Shown here piece by piece: positions 28,201 to 40,175 of a stretch of 64,000 nt of DNA. Made by a program: the position numbers and the translations under genes. This DNA comes from Geosiphon pyriformis uo1 (taxonomy: Eukaryota > Fungi > Glomeromycota), in the NCBI GenBank assembly GCA_016748015.1, contig JAAOMT010000282.1, positions 186,001 through 250,000 of the forward strand. The letters are read 5' to 3'. Positions within the stretch are counted from its first letter, which is position 1, and each line of letters begins with the position of its first letter. Below the pieces are notes generated by a model. That model saw nothing but the letters and a program-made list of their open reading frames with translations, ran no database searches and had not been told where the DNA came from.

Positions 28201-30832
28201 TTAATCAATGGAGCCACATAAGAAGATATTTGCCAAATAAAAGAAGCTAAATACATTGAATACACTATAGAATTAGCTAGATTTGATTATAAAGATGAAA
28301 TAGAAACCTACCACCAAATTGCAAGTCATACATATCCAACCAAAAAAGCTTAAATTCAATGATTAGAGCAAATGAACATTCAATTATGTGAAGAATGTAT
28401 TATGTCTTGTGATAACCAATGGTGTTTAGAATGCTATGCTCTTAGCATTCCTCTGCCAGATGAAAAAAATAAAAATGAAATCGAATTTGGAGTATCTGAA
28501 CTGGTTAAAGAACTGCCAACCACCCCCATCTATCATTTTGAAAATCAACCACCCCTACAACTTAAATATTTTGACAACCATGGCCAAGGAATCAGACCAG
28601 AAAAAGCACACGAAATTGATGCTGAATATGATTTAAGATATTCAGAAAAAGATACTTTGATTCTTCAACCAAAGTTCTTGACAAAAATCAATCTCAAAAT
28701 CACTCTTGAAATTTCATTTGAAGCAATAGTTCAAATTACATCCAAATTATTATTGGCAAGCAAAAAAATCAACATTAGAGAAGAAATTATAGATGCAGAA
28801 TACATTGAAGACATCACCATCATGCTACAGAATAAAACTGAAAAACTATTTAAAATTGAGCATGCAGAAAAAATTGCCCAAGCAATTTATTTATTCTTAA
28901 TCAATATTTCAGGTTTACAATCAGTAAACAACAGAGAACAATTAGGAAAAAATGAAAGAGGAACTCAAAGTTTTGGTTCAACTGGACAATTTACAGTTCT
29001 AGTAAACATAGCTCTCAATGCACAAAATGAATCTTGCCAGATTCTTCAATTTCCTCAACCAATTACTATTTCACTTTTTGGAAAACATCATGAAATTTAC
29101 ATTTGCTCAAAACTCACCACTATCCAACAAATCTTTGAATTCAATAAACAAATCTGTTTGAAGCATGAAATCTTAATTCTAAATGTCTATATACCAAAAG
29201 GAATAAAGAAATTTTGAGTTATATTTTACAACCCCAATAACTACTTCATTGTTCTATTAAATAAAGTGGAAATTGGAATCATACATAGCAATATTTTTCA
29301 AGATGAAACCCCCCAAATTGTTCATAATTTAATCGAAATTGTGAAACATACCCTATTACCAAACCCAAACATCACTTTAATTATTGAAAACTACCACTTT
29401 GTGAAAGAAAAACTCTCTCAAGTTAACATGGGTTTCTTAGAACCCCAACAACAAAGACAATTGAAACAATTAATAATTGAATTTGCAGATATATTTGCAA
29501 AAGACAACAATGATCTTGGAAAAACTGATATTGTCCAACACCAAATCCACACAGAAAATGCTTTACCAAAACAACAACAAGCTTATTGAATACCATCTGC
29601 CAGCCACCAATTCATTAAAGAAGAGATCCAAAGAATGCTTAATAATAGATTGATTCAACCATTAAGAAGTTTATGAGCCTTACCAGTAGTTTTAGTTAAA
29701 AAAAAAAAGGAAAAATCAGATTCTGTGTTGATTATAGACAACTGAATAGTATTATAATTGGAGATGTCTACTCTCTTCCAAAAATTAATGACATGCTAGA
29801 TGCCCTAGGAAAAGCCAAGTTCTTCTCAACTTTAAACTAAGAAAGTAGATACTTGCAAGTCGAAATGGATCCAAAAAATAGACTTAAAACAGCATTTACT
29901 ACCCAAGGAGAGAACTACAAATTCAATGTTATGCCTTTTGGACTCTACAATGCACCAGCAACATTCCAGCAACTTATAAATGTTGTATATGAAGAACTCT
30001 TATGGCAATCAATAGTTGTCTATCTTGATAACACTGACATGTACTCACCAAGTTTTGAAGCTTATCTTATTCACCTGTGAAAAGTTTTTTAATGATTATG
30101 AAAAGCAGGATTAAAGTTGAACATTAAGAAATATCACTTTGGAAAAACAAGTTTAATTTTTTTTGGACACATTGTTAGCAAAAATAGAATCAAACCAAAT
30201 CCTGAAACAATCAGTGCTGTTAAAAACTTTCAAATACCCAGAAATATCACAGAGCTACAAAGATTTGTAGAATTATCTTCCTACTATCGAAAATTCATCA
30301 AAGAATTTTCAGAAATTGCCAAACCACTTAATTATTTTACCAACAAAAATGTGCTATACAAATGAACTAAAAAACAACAAACAGCTTTTGAAACTCTCAA
30401 AACAAAATTGACAACAGCCCCAGTTTTTGCTTATTCAGACTTTAACAAATGGTTTTAATTAACCACTAATGCTTCACACATAGCATTTGGTGCTATTCTA
30501 TCATAATTGGATGAAAATGGCCAGGAACAAATCATTGTCTACACCAATAGAACACTCAAGCCAACAGAACTCAAATATGGCTCAACTGAATTAGAAGCCA
30601 CTGCAGTTATTTGGGCTCTTAAACACTTTTAACAATATCTGAGGAATAAAAAAGAATTTGACATTATAACTAACAATATTGGCCTCAAATGGCTCAATAA
30701 AAAGAAAACAAAACAAAGTGCCAACAGTCCTGATAAAATAATTTCCTAGCAGACTACAAATATATTATATACTACAAACCAGAAAAACTACATACCAATG
30801 TTAATAGCCTTTTAAGAATAAAACAAGATTAA
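25223..30832 (+). pseudogene. Family A gag-protease-Cys-rich-dUTPase-RT-RNase H polyprotein
   Basis: FTGKDNDTSPQEWLDKV gag motif, AMYTEATVEG protease N-terminus, dUTPase 28590-28990, RT 29560-30370. Ends NVNSLLRIKQD-TAA at 30830-30832. Confidence 0.85.
28590..28990 (+). pseudogene. dUTPase domain (family A)
   Basis: Decayed motifs DAEYDL, SKLLLA, IIDAEYIE, IAQAI and ERGTQSFGSTG appear in trimeric dUTPase order. Confidence 0.85.
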
Positions 30833-30890
30833 CATCAACAGTAATCTTATCACAACTTACCAACTTATCAACAACAATAACCAAACAACA

Positions 30891-33248
30891 ATGGATCTCA
30901 GAAATTACAACAACATTAAAAACTATTTGGAAACTTTTAATATGCCAGAAAATTGGTCTCCAAGTAAAAAACATTGTTTACAACACTAATCAAAACAATA
31001 TTTTATATATCACAACAAAATCTATTACAAAAATTATAGAAATTCAAACCAATCACTCAGATTAGTACAAGAGAACAAAAAAAACAATTCAATACAACAT
31101 GTATACAGATTTTTCTTTAGCACATTTAGGAAGAGATAGAACAATTCAAAGAACTCTTGAACATTATTTTTGGTCTTACATGCAAAAAAACATTCAACAA
31201 TATGTAGAATCTTGTAATAGTTGTCAGAAAAGAGAAGGAACTCACTCCACAGAACTTTTAAATCCAATCAAAGTTGGACAACCTTTTGACAGAGTTGGAA
31301 TTGATTTAGTCGGACCATTATCTATGTTACCAGTAGAATTTTAGCTATTAATTAGCATGAAATTACCCTTATAATTCCTATAATTAATTAGTATATTAAT
31401 ATCATTTCAAATTATCATTTATTATTTAATCAATTATCACATATTACGATTCAATCAAAATAATCTAATTAGTATAACAGAAAGTAGGATGATCAAATTA
31501 CACAATACTCTGAACTTTATAATATTCAAAAATTCACCGAAATTTACAGAAATTCGCCAAAATTATGAATAGTTCACTCAAATTAATCAATAGTTCAGCA
31601 AAATAACTTGTAGTTCATCAAAATATATCTTTAATTTGCCAAAATTTGATCAAAGAGAAAAAGTGCAAGTTCATAGACTAGTACTACAACAAGTTGTATA
31701 AAAAAAAAGCTTTTCTCTTCAAGAAAATGTATTTTACTTTAGATTTATTACTTAGAACCATTCCTACACACACAAAAAGAAATAAATATCAAATAATTCA
31801 AAAAACCAAATTCTTTAATTATTGCACTTGGAAAATTTCCAAAACCCAACTAATGTTTTGAAATTGATTAGCTACCAATTTCAATAAACTGTTAGTGACT
31901 CCAGGTCTGGATAGAAAACGTTTCCCTTGATAAAATCCTATTTCTTTTACATTTTTTTTATTTATTTTTTCTTTTCTTATTACAATTATTAGAGTAGTCT
32001 ACAGACGAGATTTCTGTAGAAAAGTTGACTTTCACAGCAAAGTAACTACACATTTTAGTGAGCTTCCAGACAAGCAATTCCTGAGAAAGAGTTGACATTT
32101 ACTACAACGTAACTACATAAAGTAACTGGCAAGGAATTGGCTATTCCACTTATAAGCCCAGCAGTTTAAATTATAGGAGATAATTTGAAGATAAATTTAG
32201 TTACTGGAGGTTCACCTACTTTCTGAGAATGTAAATTCACAGCAAATTAACATTATCAACATTTAAGAAAAGAGACCAAAAACCTCCAGTAACACCTATT
32301 ACAACTCAAAGAAATTGTTATATTGCAGTTGTAGTAAATTATCTCACCAAATGTCCTGAAGCTAGAGCCATCCAAAGAGCAGATGCAAAATCAGTAGCAA
32401 ATTTCATTTATAAAGACATTATTTGTAGACATGGATGCTTAATTGAACTCTTATTTGATCAAGGAACACATTTTGTGAACAACTTGATACAAGAAATTTG
32501 TGAACAATTTAATGTTAAAAGATCTCTATTATTACTTTATCACTCTCAAACAAATGGCCTTATAGAACATTTCAACAGAACATTGTGTGAATCTTTAGCC
32601 AAAATCTCAACAGATTTTAAGAAAAAATAGGATATCTTTATTCCATTAGTGTTACTAATATACAGAACACTAAAACAAGATACTATAAAACATATACTAT
32701 TTGATCTTATTTATAGAAAAACAGCAACACTACCAATTAATTTTACAGTGGAAACATATTCAGTGCAACCAATCAATAAAAAAAACTTCCAAAAAACACT
32801 TCAAAGAAGAGCCTATACTTTTTTTAGTACACTAGAAGAAAAAAAATGAATAGCAACAATTCATATTAAACACTCCCAAGCTCAACAAAAAAAAAACATG
32901 ACAACAAATTACCACTAGTAACCAATGAATTTAAAGTTGGAAATAAAGTTTTATTATATAGAACTAAGACTGAAAAACAATAGAATGGAAAATTTGAACA
33001 TAAATGGAATAAACTATTTTATATTTATAAAATTCTAAGCAATAGATCATACAAGTTAAAACTTGATAACAAAATACTAGCAAATGTTGTACATAGAGAT
33101 TGACTAAAACACTATCATTCCAGAAACAATCCTGAACTATTAATTCCACAAATTGGTACACATTCCTCTTTAATTAATCCTGAAGATATTTTCCGAAATT
33201 TAGAACCAATAATCATAATAGAACAACATCCAAACCTGAACATTTAAT
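30891..33248 (+). pseudogene. Family A stand-alone integrase ORF, interrupted by a solo LTR
   Basis: ATG 30891 (MDLRNYNNIKNYL), zinc finger AHLG..CNSCQK, PFDRVGIDLVGPL then (after the LTR) PITTQ..., DQGTHF, HSQTNGLIE, FKVGNKV. Confidence 0.85.
31325..32294 (+). mobile_element. Solo LTR, family A, inserted in the integrase
   Basis: TGTTACCAG...CCAGTAACA with flanks TCTA/CCTA (4-bp TSD, one transition). The integrase frame resumes after it and no PBS follows. Confidence 0.92.
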
Positions 33249-33452
33249 TTAACATTTCATAATAACTCTTTTTTAAAAAATACACAAAGTATAAAACAAA
33301 AATAGTAAATAATTACAAGAAACATTCAAACCCAAAAACAGATAAAAACCCTATACCCAAAAATAATTTTCTTTACTCTTTTTCAAAATTTTTTAATTAG
33401 TTATTTTATCATAATTATTCCCCGAAATATCTAACAAATATTCCAAAAATTA

Positions 33453-34030
33453 ATGTTAGCTTTGAAAACACTTTTTAACTTATCTATAACAATTAATAAA
33501 AGTCAAATTAATTACATTCAGAAAGAAACCACAGCCCCAATAATAAACAATTCTCAGAGTTATTACTCTTATAGAAGAAAAACAAGAAGTTACACTGAAA
33601 ATCAACTATCAGAACTTTTGAAGCAAGCACTAAAAGAAAACCTTCTATCTGTCTCTATTGACATTCCACCAAATACCACTATCTAACAAAAACTTCTACT
33701 ATTTTTCAATAAACAGAACAATGAACATACTCTTATCTATAGATATTTTTATATTGAAAAAACACTTTATGAACGAAAACTGGAACTTGAAGCAACAAGT
33801 CTCACTCCAAAAATCATATAAAAACAAATTCACAATGAATTCAAGATAGCAGCTGGACCAACAAATATTTACTAAAAACTTAGAGCAGCTTTTAGACTCT
33901 ATGAATTGTTTAACACTTGTGAAAATGTCCTACAAAATTCAATACTACAACCAATTGGCAAACTCACAGAACTGAATTTCAACAATTTTCAGACCAGATT
34001 ACTTCAATTATTTTGGATTACTATTTTAAC
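33453..34030 (+). pseudogene. Family A ORF3, unknown function
   Basis: One frame with CAA>TAA-type stops. Contains LIYRYFYIEKTL, KLRAAFRLYELF and PIGKL, alignable to family B ORF3. The start is uncertain. Confidence 0.65.
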
Positions 34031-34833
34031 ATCACAGATATAAAAAATACATAATTTATATTTAGTTTAGATTATTTAATTTAATGTTTTATAATAAATT
34101 ATATTTAAATTTTACTTATTAAAAAAATAAAAAAAAAGATTTTTTTTGATTAATATAAAAAACAATAATATATTAATATAAATTTTTTAAAAATATGCAA
34201 TTTTTTAAAATATTTAAGAATTTATATGAATATATATATATTAAAAACGTTTTTTTAACTTTTATTTTTGGTTTATTTTTATTATAAATAATATTTTAAA
34301 TCATATAAATATGTTTTACTTTTACTTAATTATTTTTAACATATATTAATAAATATTTAACTTTTTTAATTGATTGTTTTAAATTAATAAAAAATTTTAC
34401 ATTATTTTTGAATAATTATATATTTTTTTCTTAAAAGATTTAATGAGCAAAGCTCAATTACTATCTAGTACATAGAGCCAAACTAAAAGGCTCAAACTAA
34501 ACATGACTTATGTGCTTTCTACATGTGACTAGCTACTCAGGCCAGTCAAAGCAACACTACATACTTATAATAACCCATACACTACCACACAAACCAGAAA
34601 AGAAACCACATAGCTTCTGACAACCAAAGTTAACAGCAAAAGACTTAGCCACACCAAGCAACCTAACAACACTATCAGATAATAATAAAGACACACTATA
34701 AGACAACCCAGAAACAACACTATCATCTTGTACCAAACCAGTCCTCTCTATTATCACCTGATAGCTAGATCTTACCAACCACATCCTAACATAATACAAC
34801 TCCACAATATACCTAACAAAATTAACAATCCGA

Positions 34834-35846
34834 TGTTACCAGTAGAATTTTAGCTATTAATTAGCATGAAATTACCCTTATAATTCCTATAATTAATTAG
34901 TATATTAATATTATTTCAAATTATCATTTATTATTTAATCAATTATTACATATCACAATTCAATTAAAATAATCTAATTAATATAACAGAAAGTAAAATG
35001 ATCAAATTATACAATACTCTGAACTTTATAACATTCTAAAATTCGCCGAAATTTACAGAAATTCGCCGAAATTTATATGAAATTCGCCGAAATTTATAGA
35101 AATTCACCGAAATTATGAATAGTTCACCCAAATTAATCAATAGTTCAGCGAAATAACTTGTAGTTCATCAAAATGTATCTTTAGTTTGCTGAAATTTGAG
35201 CAAAGAGAAAAAGTGCAAGTTTATAGACTAGTACTATAACAAGTTGTATAAAAGAAGAGCTTTTTTCTTCAAGAAAATGTATCTTACTTTAGATTTATCA
35301 CTTAAAACCATTCCTATACACACAAAAAGAAATAAATATCAAATAATTTGAAAAACCAAATTCTTTAATTATTGCACTTGGAAAATCCCCAAAATCCAAC
35401 TAACATTTTGAAATTGATTAGCAACTAATTTCAGTAAACTGTTAGTGATTTCAGGCCTGGATAGAAAACATTTCTCTTGACAGAATTCAATTTCTTTTAC
35501 ATTTCTTTTACATTTCTTTTATTTTTTTATTATAATTGTTAAAGTAGTCTACAGACAAGATTCCTGTAAAAAAGTTGACTTTCATAGCAAAGTAACTACA
35601 CATTTTTAGTGAGCTTCCAAATGAGCAATTCCTGGGAAAGAGTTGACATTTACTACAACATAACTACATAAAATAACTGGCAAGAAATTGACCATTCCAC
35701 TTATAAGCCCAGCAAGTTCAAATTATAGAAGATAATTTGAAAATAAATTCAGTTATTGGAGATTCAACTACTTCTAGAAAACGTAAATTTGCAACCAACA
35801 GACATTTACAACATTCAAAAAAAGAGACCAAAAACCTCAGATAACA
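34834..35846 (+). mobile_element. Solo LTR, family A, inserted in a LINE
   Basis: TGTTACC...ATAACA with flanks CCGA/CCAA (4-bp TSD with CpG decay). The LINE sequence is continuous across it. Confidence 0.92.
35039..35197. repeat. 20-21-bp tandem array with TTCGCCGAA core in family A LTR
   Basis: aaattcgccgaaatt occurs three times, followed by diverged units. There are fewer units at 24410-24510 and 31530-31645. Confidence 0.88.
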
Positions 35847-37609
35847 CCAAGCAACAGCCAACTTTCTGTCATCAACAACACAACAAGCCTTCTTACACCA
35901 CTCATCTAGCACAAACTCTTTGCAAACCAAAGCATACAACTCAACATTGATGGAACATTGAGATAGAACCCACAACACAGCAGACAAAAAAGAATCAAAA
36001 ACACCAGCCAAAATAGACCAACAAGCAGAAGCCTCAGCCAAGATCTCATTGCAAATGTCAGACTTATGAATATAAGTAAAAGCATGGTCAGAAAACTTCA
36101 CATTACTACACAACAGACACAGCACACCAGGGTAATATCTATTATACAACCTTTTCCTGACTGTCACCAACAACCTCCTGTGTACAGCTTTCATCAGATA
36201 AGAGCAAAGTGTCAAGAACTTACAACTAGTGAAACCAACAAGCATATGAAAATTAGAATGCCACACTCTTGCAGTAGCAACCCAATCCACACAACCAATC
36301 ATCACATCTGGAACCACATCACAGCCAAGACCAGCTTCTCAACAAGCATGACAAACAGACCGAAAAATATTTCAGACAAAATAACAGGCATTACCAGAAA
36401 CAGCAGTACCCTTAGCAACCAAAAAATGTTTACACACATTGGCCAACAGTGAAAAAAGGGACCCAGAGGCAGCCCCAGCAGCCAAGTTAGCTCTCATATT
36501 ACCAAGAATTCTGGAATGGCCTTTAACCTTAACCCAACTCATATTAAGATCCTTATTCTTGACCAAATTAAAAATATGATGCCTTTCAAGCCAGTATTGA
36601 TTATGAAAATTAGAGGTGGTAAGAGACATTTCAGATACACATGTGTCAATGGCAGCCTGACTGTCAAGATGTAACACCACAGTACTAGAAGAAGGGACAC
36701 ACTCAAAAGACAGAGCAACAGCCTGTAATTTAGCCATAATAGATAACAAAAGGCCCCAAATTACAACACTAATGCTCAGATCTAAGGCTGGAAAGTATGC
36801 AGCAATCTCAGCAGAGCCAATATTCTTCAAAGACCCATCTGTATAAACCTCAAAAAAACCCAACCAAATATCATGCAATCCATCTTTTATAGCAGAAAAC
36901 TCACTAGACTCCAATACATCCAACTCATGTAACTTAACAGAGCCAACAGTGCCAGATAATGAGAACTTCTTACCCAAAAAAACTCAAATGTAACCACAAA
37001 CCAATGAGGCACAGAACCATGCAGATCCAATCTTTTCCAATGGTGAAAAGTTTTCCAATCCAACAAGCCATCTTTCTTATCAAAAAACTGATCACTAAAG
37101 GCAACACCAAAATGTTTGAGAGATTTAACCAAATCAAAATACAGAGACTTTTCAAGAATAGAAGACAAAAGAAAACAGCCAGAACTATAAAAAGCAGTAG
37201 GAAGATTATTTGCCAAGGACAGCTTATTGCTCAAAAAAATTTTAACCAATTTAGCCAGAAAATTGTTCACTAGACTAACACATAACCTAACAGGAAACTG
37301 CAAAGAGTCCAAAGGAGTTCAACTCAGAACTTGCAAATCCAAAAATTTATGACTAAACAAACGCCCAAGAATACTAGGGGCATTAGAAAACATTATTAGA
37401 GCAGTCATCTTCCCTTTAGACTACACCTGCTCAAAAGGTTTTAGGCCATAAAATGAGAGATGATGTAAAGTGGCATTAAAAAAGTCATGGGGAAAACAAG
37501 CCTTAGACCTAAGGTTCTTTCTAACCAATACATCCCACTTGTGACAAACATTAGAAGAAACAAAGCTAAACTGAATATGATAGCTGACAATAGGCTGTAA
37601 GACAGCTGA

Positions 37610-38546
37610 TATTACTTATAAAAAGAAAAACAGATATAGAAAGAATAGTAGACCAATGAGTAAATAGTATGTAGTATGTAAGCACATTGCTTAGCAATGT
37701 AGAGCAATGATAAAAATCACGGCACATTGTTCAGCAATGTGGAGCAATATTAGAAAACACAGCACATTGCTCAGCAATGTGAAGCAATATTAGAAAATTA
37801 GAGCACATCACTCAGCAATGTGAGCATTGCTCAAGAAATCATAGCACATTACTCAGAAATATAAGCGATTTCATAGAACATCAATTATGTATATATATAG
37901 CAGTAGTGTTAGAAATAGAAAGAGAAAAATCTTTTAGTTAGAAATCTCTCAGTTTAGATTTCATCTAAAACAACCTTCCAATTCATAATTATCAAATAAA
38001 TAATTATTTCATATCTCCATTTACTCTCCACTATTAACACTTCATGTTAATAGTAACTAATACTTAACTACATTGGACCAATAGCTCTTGATCATGGCTA
38101 TTGATGGAATACTAACTTGTTTATTGTCTTGGCTTATTCTTTTTATTTTCTTTCTTTTTATTTTTATTTTTCTTTTCCTTATTTTGATTTTGTTGTTTAC
38201 TAAACCTGATTGAAGATTAAAGCGCTGAGTTATTAACATCATGGATAGTCTGGTAAAAGACCCAAAAATAAGGGTAAAATTATATATATATTATTAGATA
38301 GCTTATCAGAAGAGCATGACTGCTAGAATAAATCCAGCCATCAAGCTGAGAAAAAAATTGGGAAACAAACTTACAAGAAAACTACAAATAACATTGTCAT
38401 TAAATCTCTGTTTATTATACAAAAAACTCAACTCTAAAACCTTCAGATACAACCAACATACCAGTATCACTAGCATTGTCAAGATATTAAGCACCAAGTT
38501 ATGAGTTTGTTATTTGATTTGAGACCCCAAATAATCATCTGTAACA
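37610..38546 (+). repeat. 5' LTR, family B (outer element)
   Basis: TATTACTT (decayed TGTTACTC)...CTGTAACA, with a 40-bp repeat array, TATA at ~37890 and AATAAA at ~37995. Confidence 0.9.
37681..37870. repeat. 40-bp tandem array with the palindrome CACATTGCTCAGCAATGTG in LTR U3
   Basis: About 4-5 units starting at 37681, 37721, 37761, ~37802 and ~37843. Also at 39225-39410 and 48570-48715. Confidence 0.9.
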
Positions 38547-38548
38547 TT

Positions 38549-38565
38549 TGGTGCTCCCTGTGAGA
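38549..38565 (+). promoter_or_regulatory. Primer binding site, family B
   Basis: TGGTGCTCCCTGTGAG, with the same motif at 57447 (+) and 47905-47921 (-). It fits tRNAs ending ...GGAGCACCA (Ile-UAU, elongator Met or Thr type; not resolved). Confidence 0.85.
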
Positions 38566-38585
38566 TATAATTTTACAGAGAACAG

Positions 38586-39473
38586 TATTATAAATGATTA
38601 TTTGAAGTCTCAAGTCAAATAACAAACCCATAACTTGGTGCTCAAAGGGCTGTTTGTATTTGATAGTAATCTGAAGGTTTTGTAGTCTGAAGGTTTTGTT
38701 GGAGTCTTTTGTATAATGGACAGAGATTCAATAGTTGTTTTATCTGTAGCTTCCCAGAATCACAATTCTGTTAATTCTTCTCTTGGTGTGGTGGCTGGCA
38801 ATCCTATGGTAAATAATCTATAATTTGCTTTATATGTTCTACCTACTCACAGAAGTCTTTTACCAGGCAATCTTTGACATCAGTAATCTAGTGCTTTTAA
38901 TCAATTAGTACACAACAATAAAATCAAAGAAAGAAATAAAGCAAAAATAAAAAAATAAAAAAAATAAAAAAATAAAAAAATAAGCCAAGGCAATGCACAG
39001 ATTAGTATTCGTTAATAGTCATAATCAAAAGCTATTGTTCCAGTGTGGTTAAGTATTGATTGCTATTAACATGAAGTGTTGATAGTGAAAAGTAGATTTG
39101 AATGATAAATAATTTATTTATTCAATATTTTGTGAAGGGGAGATTTCTAACTAAAGGATTCTGCTTTTTTTACTTCTAATACTACTGCTATATATACATA
39201 ATTGATGTTCTACAAGATTGCTCATATTTTCAAGCAATGTGCTATAATTTCTTGAGCAATGTTCATATTGCTAAGCAATGTGCTCTAATTTTCAAACATT
39301 GCTTCACATTGTTAAGCAATATGCTATGTTTTCTGACATTGCTCTATATTGCTAAGCAATATGCCATGATTTCTGATATTGTTCCACATTGCTGAGCAAT
39401 GTGTTCATGTGCTCAATACTATTTTCTTATTGGTCTGCTATTTTTCATATCTATTTTCTTTTTATGAATAACA
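38586..39473 (-). repeat. 3' LTR of the inner family B element
   Basis: Direct repeat of 47924-48779, preceded on the element strand by the PPT. Confidence 0.93.
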
Positions 39474-39485
39474 TTATCTCCTCTT

Positions 39486-40121
39486 TTAATATTAAGCTTT
39501 GTTAAAATCTTTATTTTGAATTAATTCTAATACTTCTTTTTCAAGTATTGTTTGTTCGACTCTGTTTTTCATGTCTTTTACTTGTGTATTGTTCATTCTT
39601 CCCCATTGGTTAATAGTTATGGTTTCTATGTCAGAGTGTAACAATATTTCTGGATAGTTCTAAAATATGTTGTGTAGTCAATAAATTGTTCTCACATGTA
39701 GTGTCAAGTTCATCTTTTTTCCAATAAATTTTTCAATTTGCTGTATTATATTTTGGTTAAATACTCTCTTGGATTTGTCAATATACAACTTCTGAATATT
39801 CAATTTTCGACCTAACTGGTAGTAACAGTATAATATTGGAAGTTGTTGTGTTCATTGCTTCTAATTTTTTTTTAAAAGCTCTTTAGTTGGTACCATAGTA
39901 GATATTTTTCCAAAAGTGTTTTTTACTTTTTCTACTATTTTATCTGACCAGTTTTTATTATTTTTTGGTGGTCATTAATATGATGTATTCTCTGTCTTTC
40001 TTCTGGTGTTTTGATAACAGATAGTTTGGTTATTAATGATAATTTCTATATCTAACTGTTGTTGACTTAAGGCCTGAAACAATTGTTGAGCTATCGTGTG
40101 AATATGATTTGGTATTTCCAT
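39486..40121 (-). pseudogene. Family B ORF3 (~210 codons), unknown function
   Basis: Hand translation in one frame gives MEIPNHIHTIAQQLFQAL...ILYCYYQLGRKL...HVRTIY(R)LHNIF...QWGRM... All internal stops are explicable as C>T. It ends at the PPT. Confidence 0.8.
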
Positions 40122-40175
40122 TTTCTTTGTTGCTTTTGTCATGTATACTGTGTCTTTATATATTCTTTTAATTGT

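Larger units (their letters stand above)
24219..34040 (+). mobile_element. Ty3/Gypsy family A element with dUTPase; 3' LTR missing
   Basis: 5' LTR, PBS, gag (~25940), CCHC (~26653-26695), protease (~27260-27550), Cys-rich domain, dUTPase, RT (FNVMPFGL..YLDN), RH, integrase, ORF3. Homology ends ~50 bp before the expected 3' LTR. Confidence 0.92.
34423..37609 (-). mobile_element. LINE 3' part (RT thumb, RNase H, C-terminal finger), split by a solo LTR and cut by a Gypsy B insertion
   Basis: Poly(T) plus 3' UTR 34423-34556. ORFs 34557-34805, 35850-36317 (CLLC..DHAF), 36372-36977 (VYTDGS..HLDSQ..KVKGH) and 36887-37312. Confidence 0.9.

Noticed and set aside
34830-34833. Possible CpG-centred target preference of Gypsy insertions (CCGA, CTGA, ATGA)
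   Set aside because: There are only six sites and ACAG, CCTA and ACAA do not require a CpG, so the data are too few.
37681-37870. Palindromic repeats with spacers resembling a CRISPR array (also 35039-35197)
   Set aside because: The spacers are themselves similar, the arrays sit inside repeated LTRs, there are no cas genes and the context is eukaryotic.
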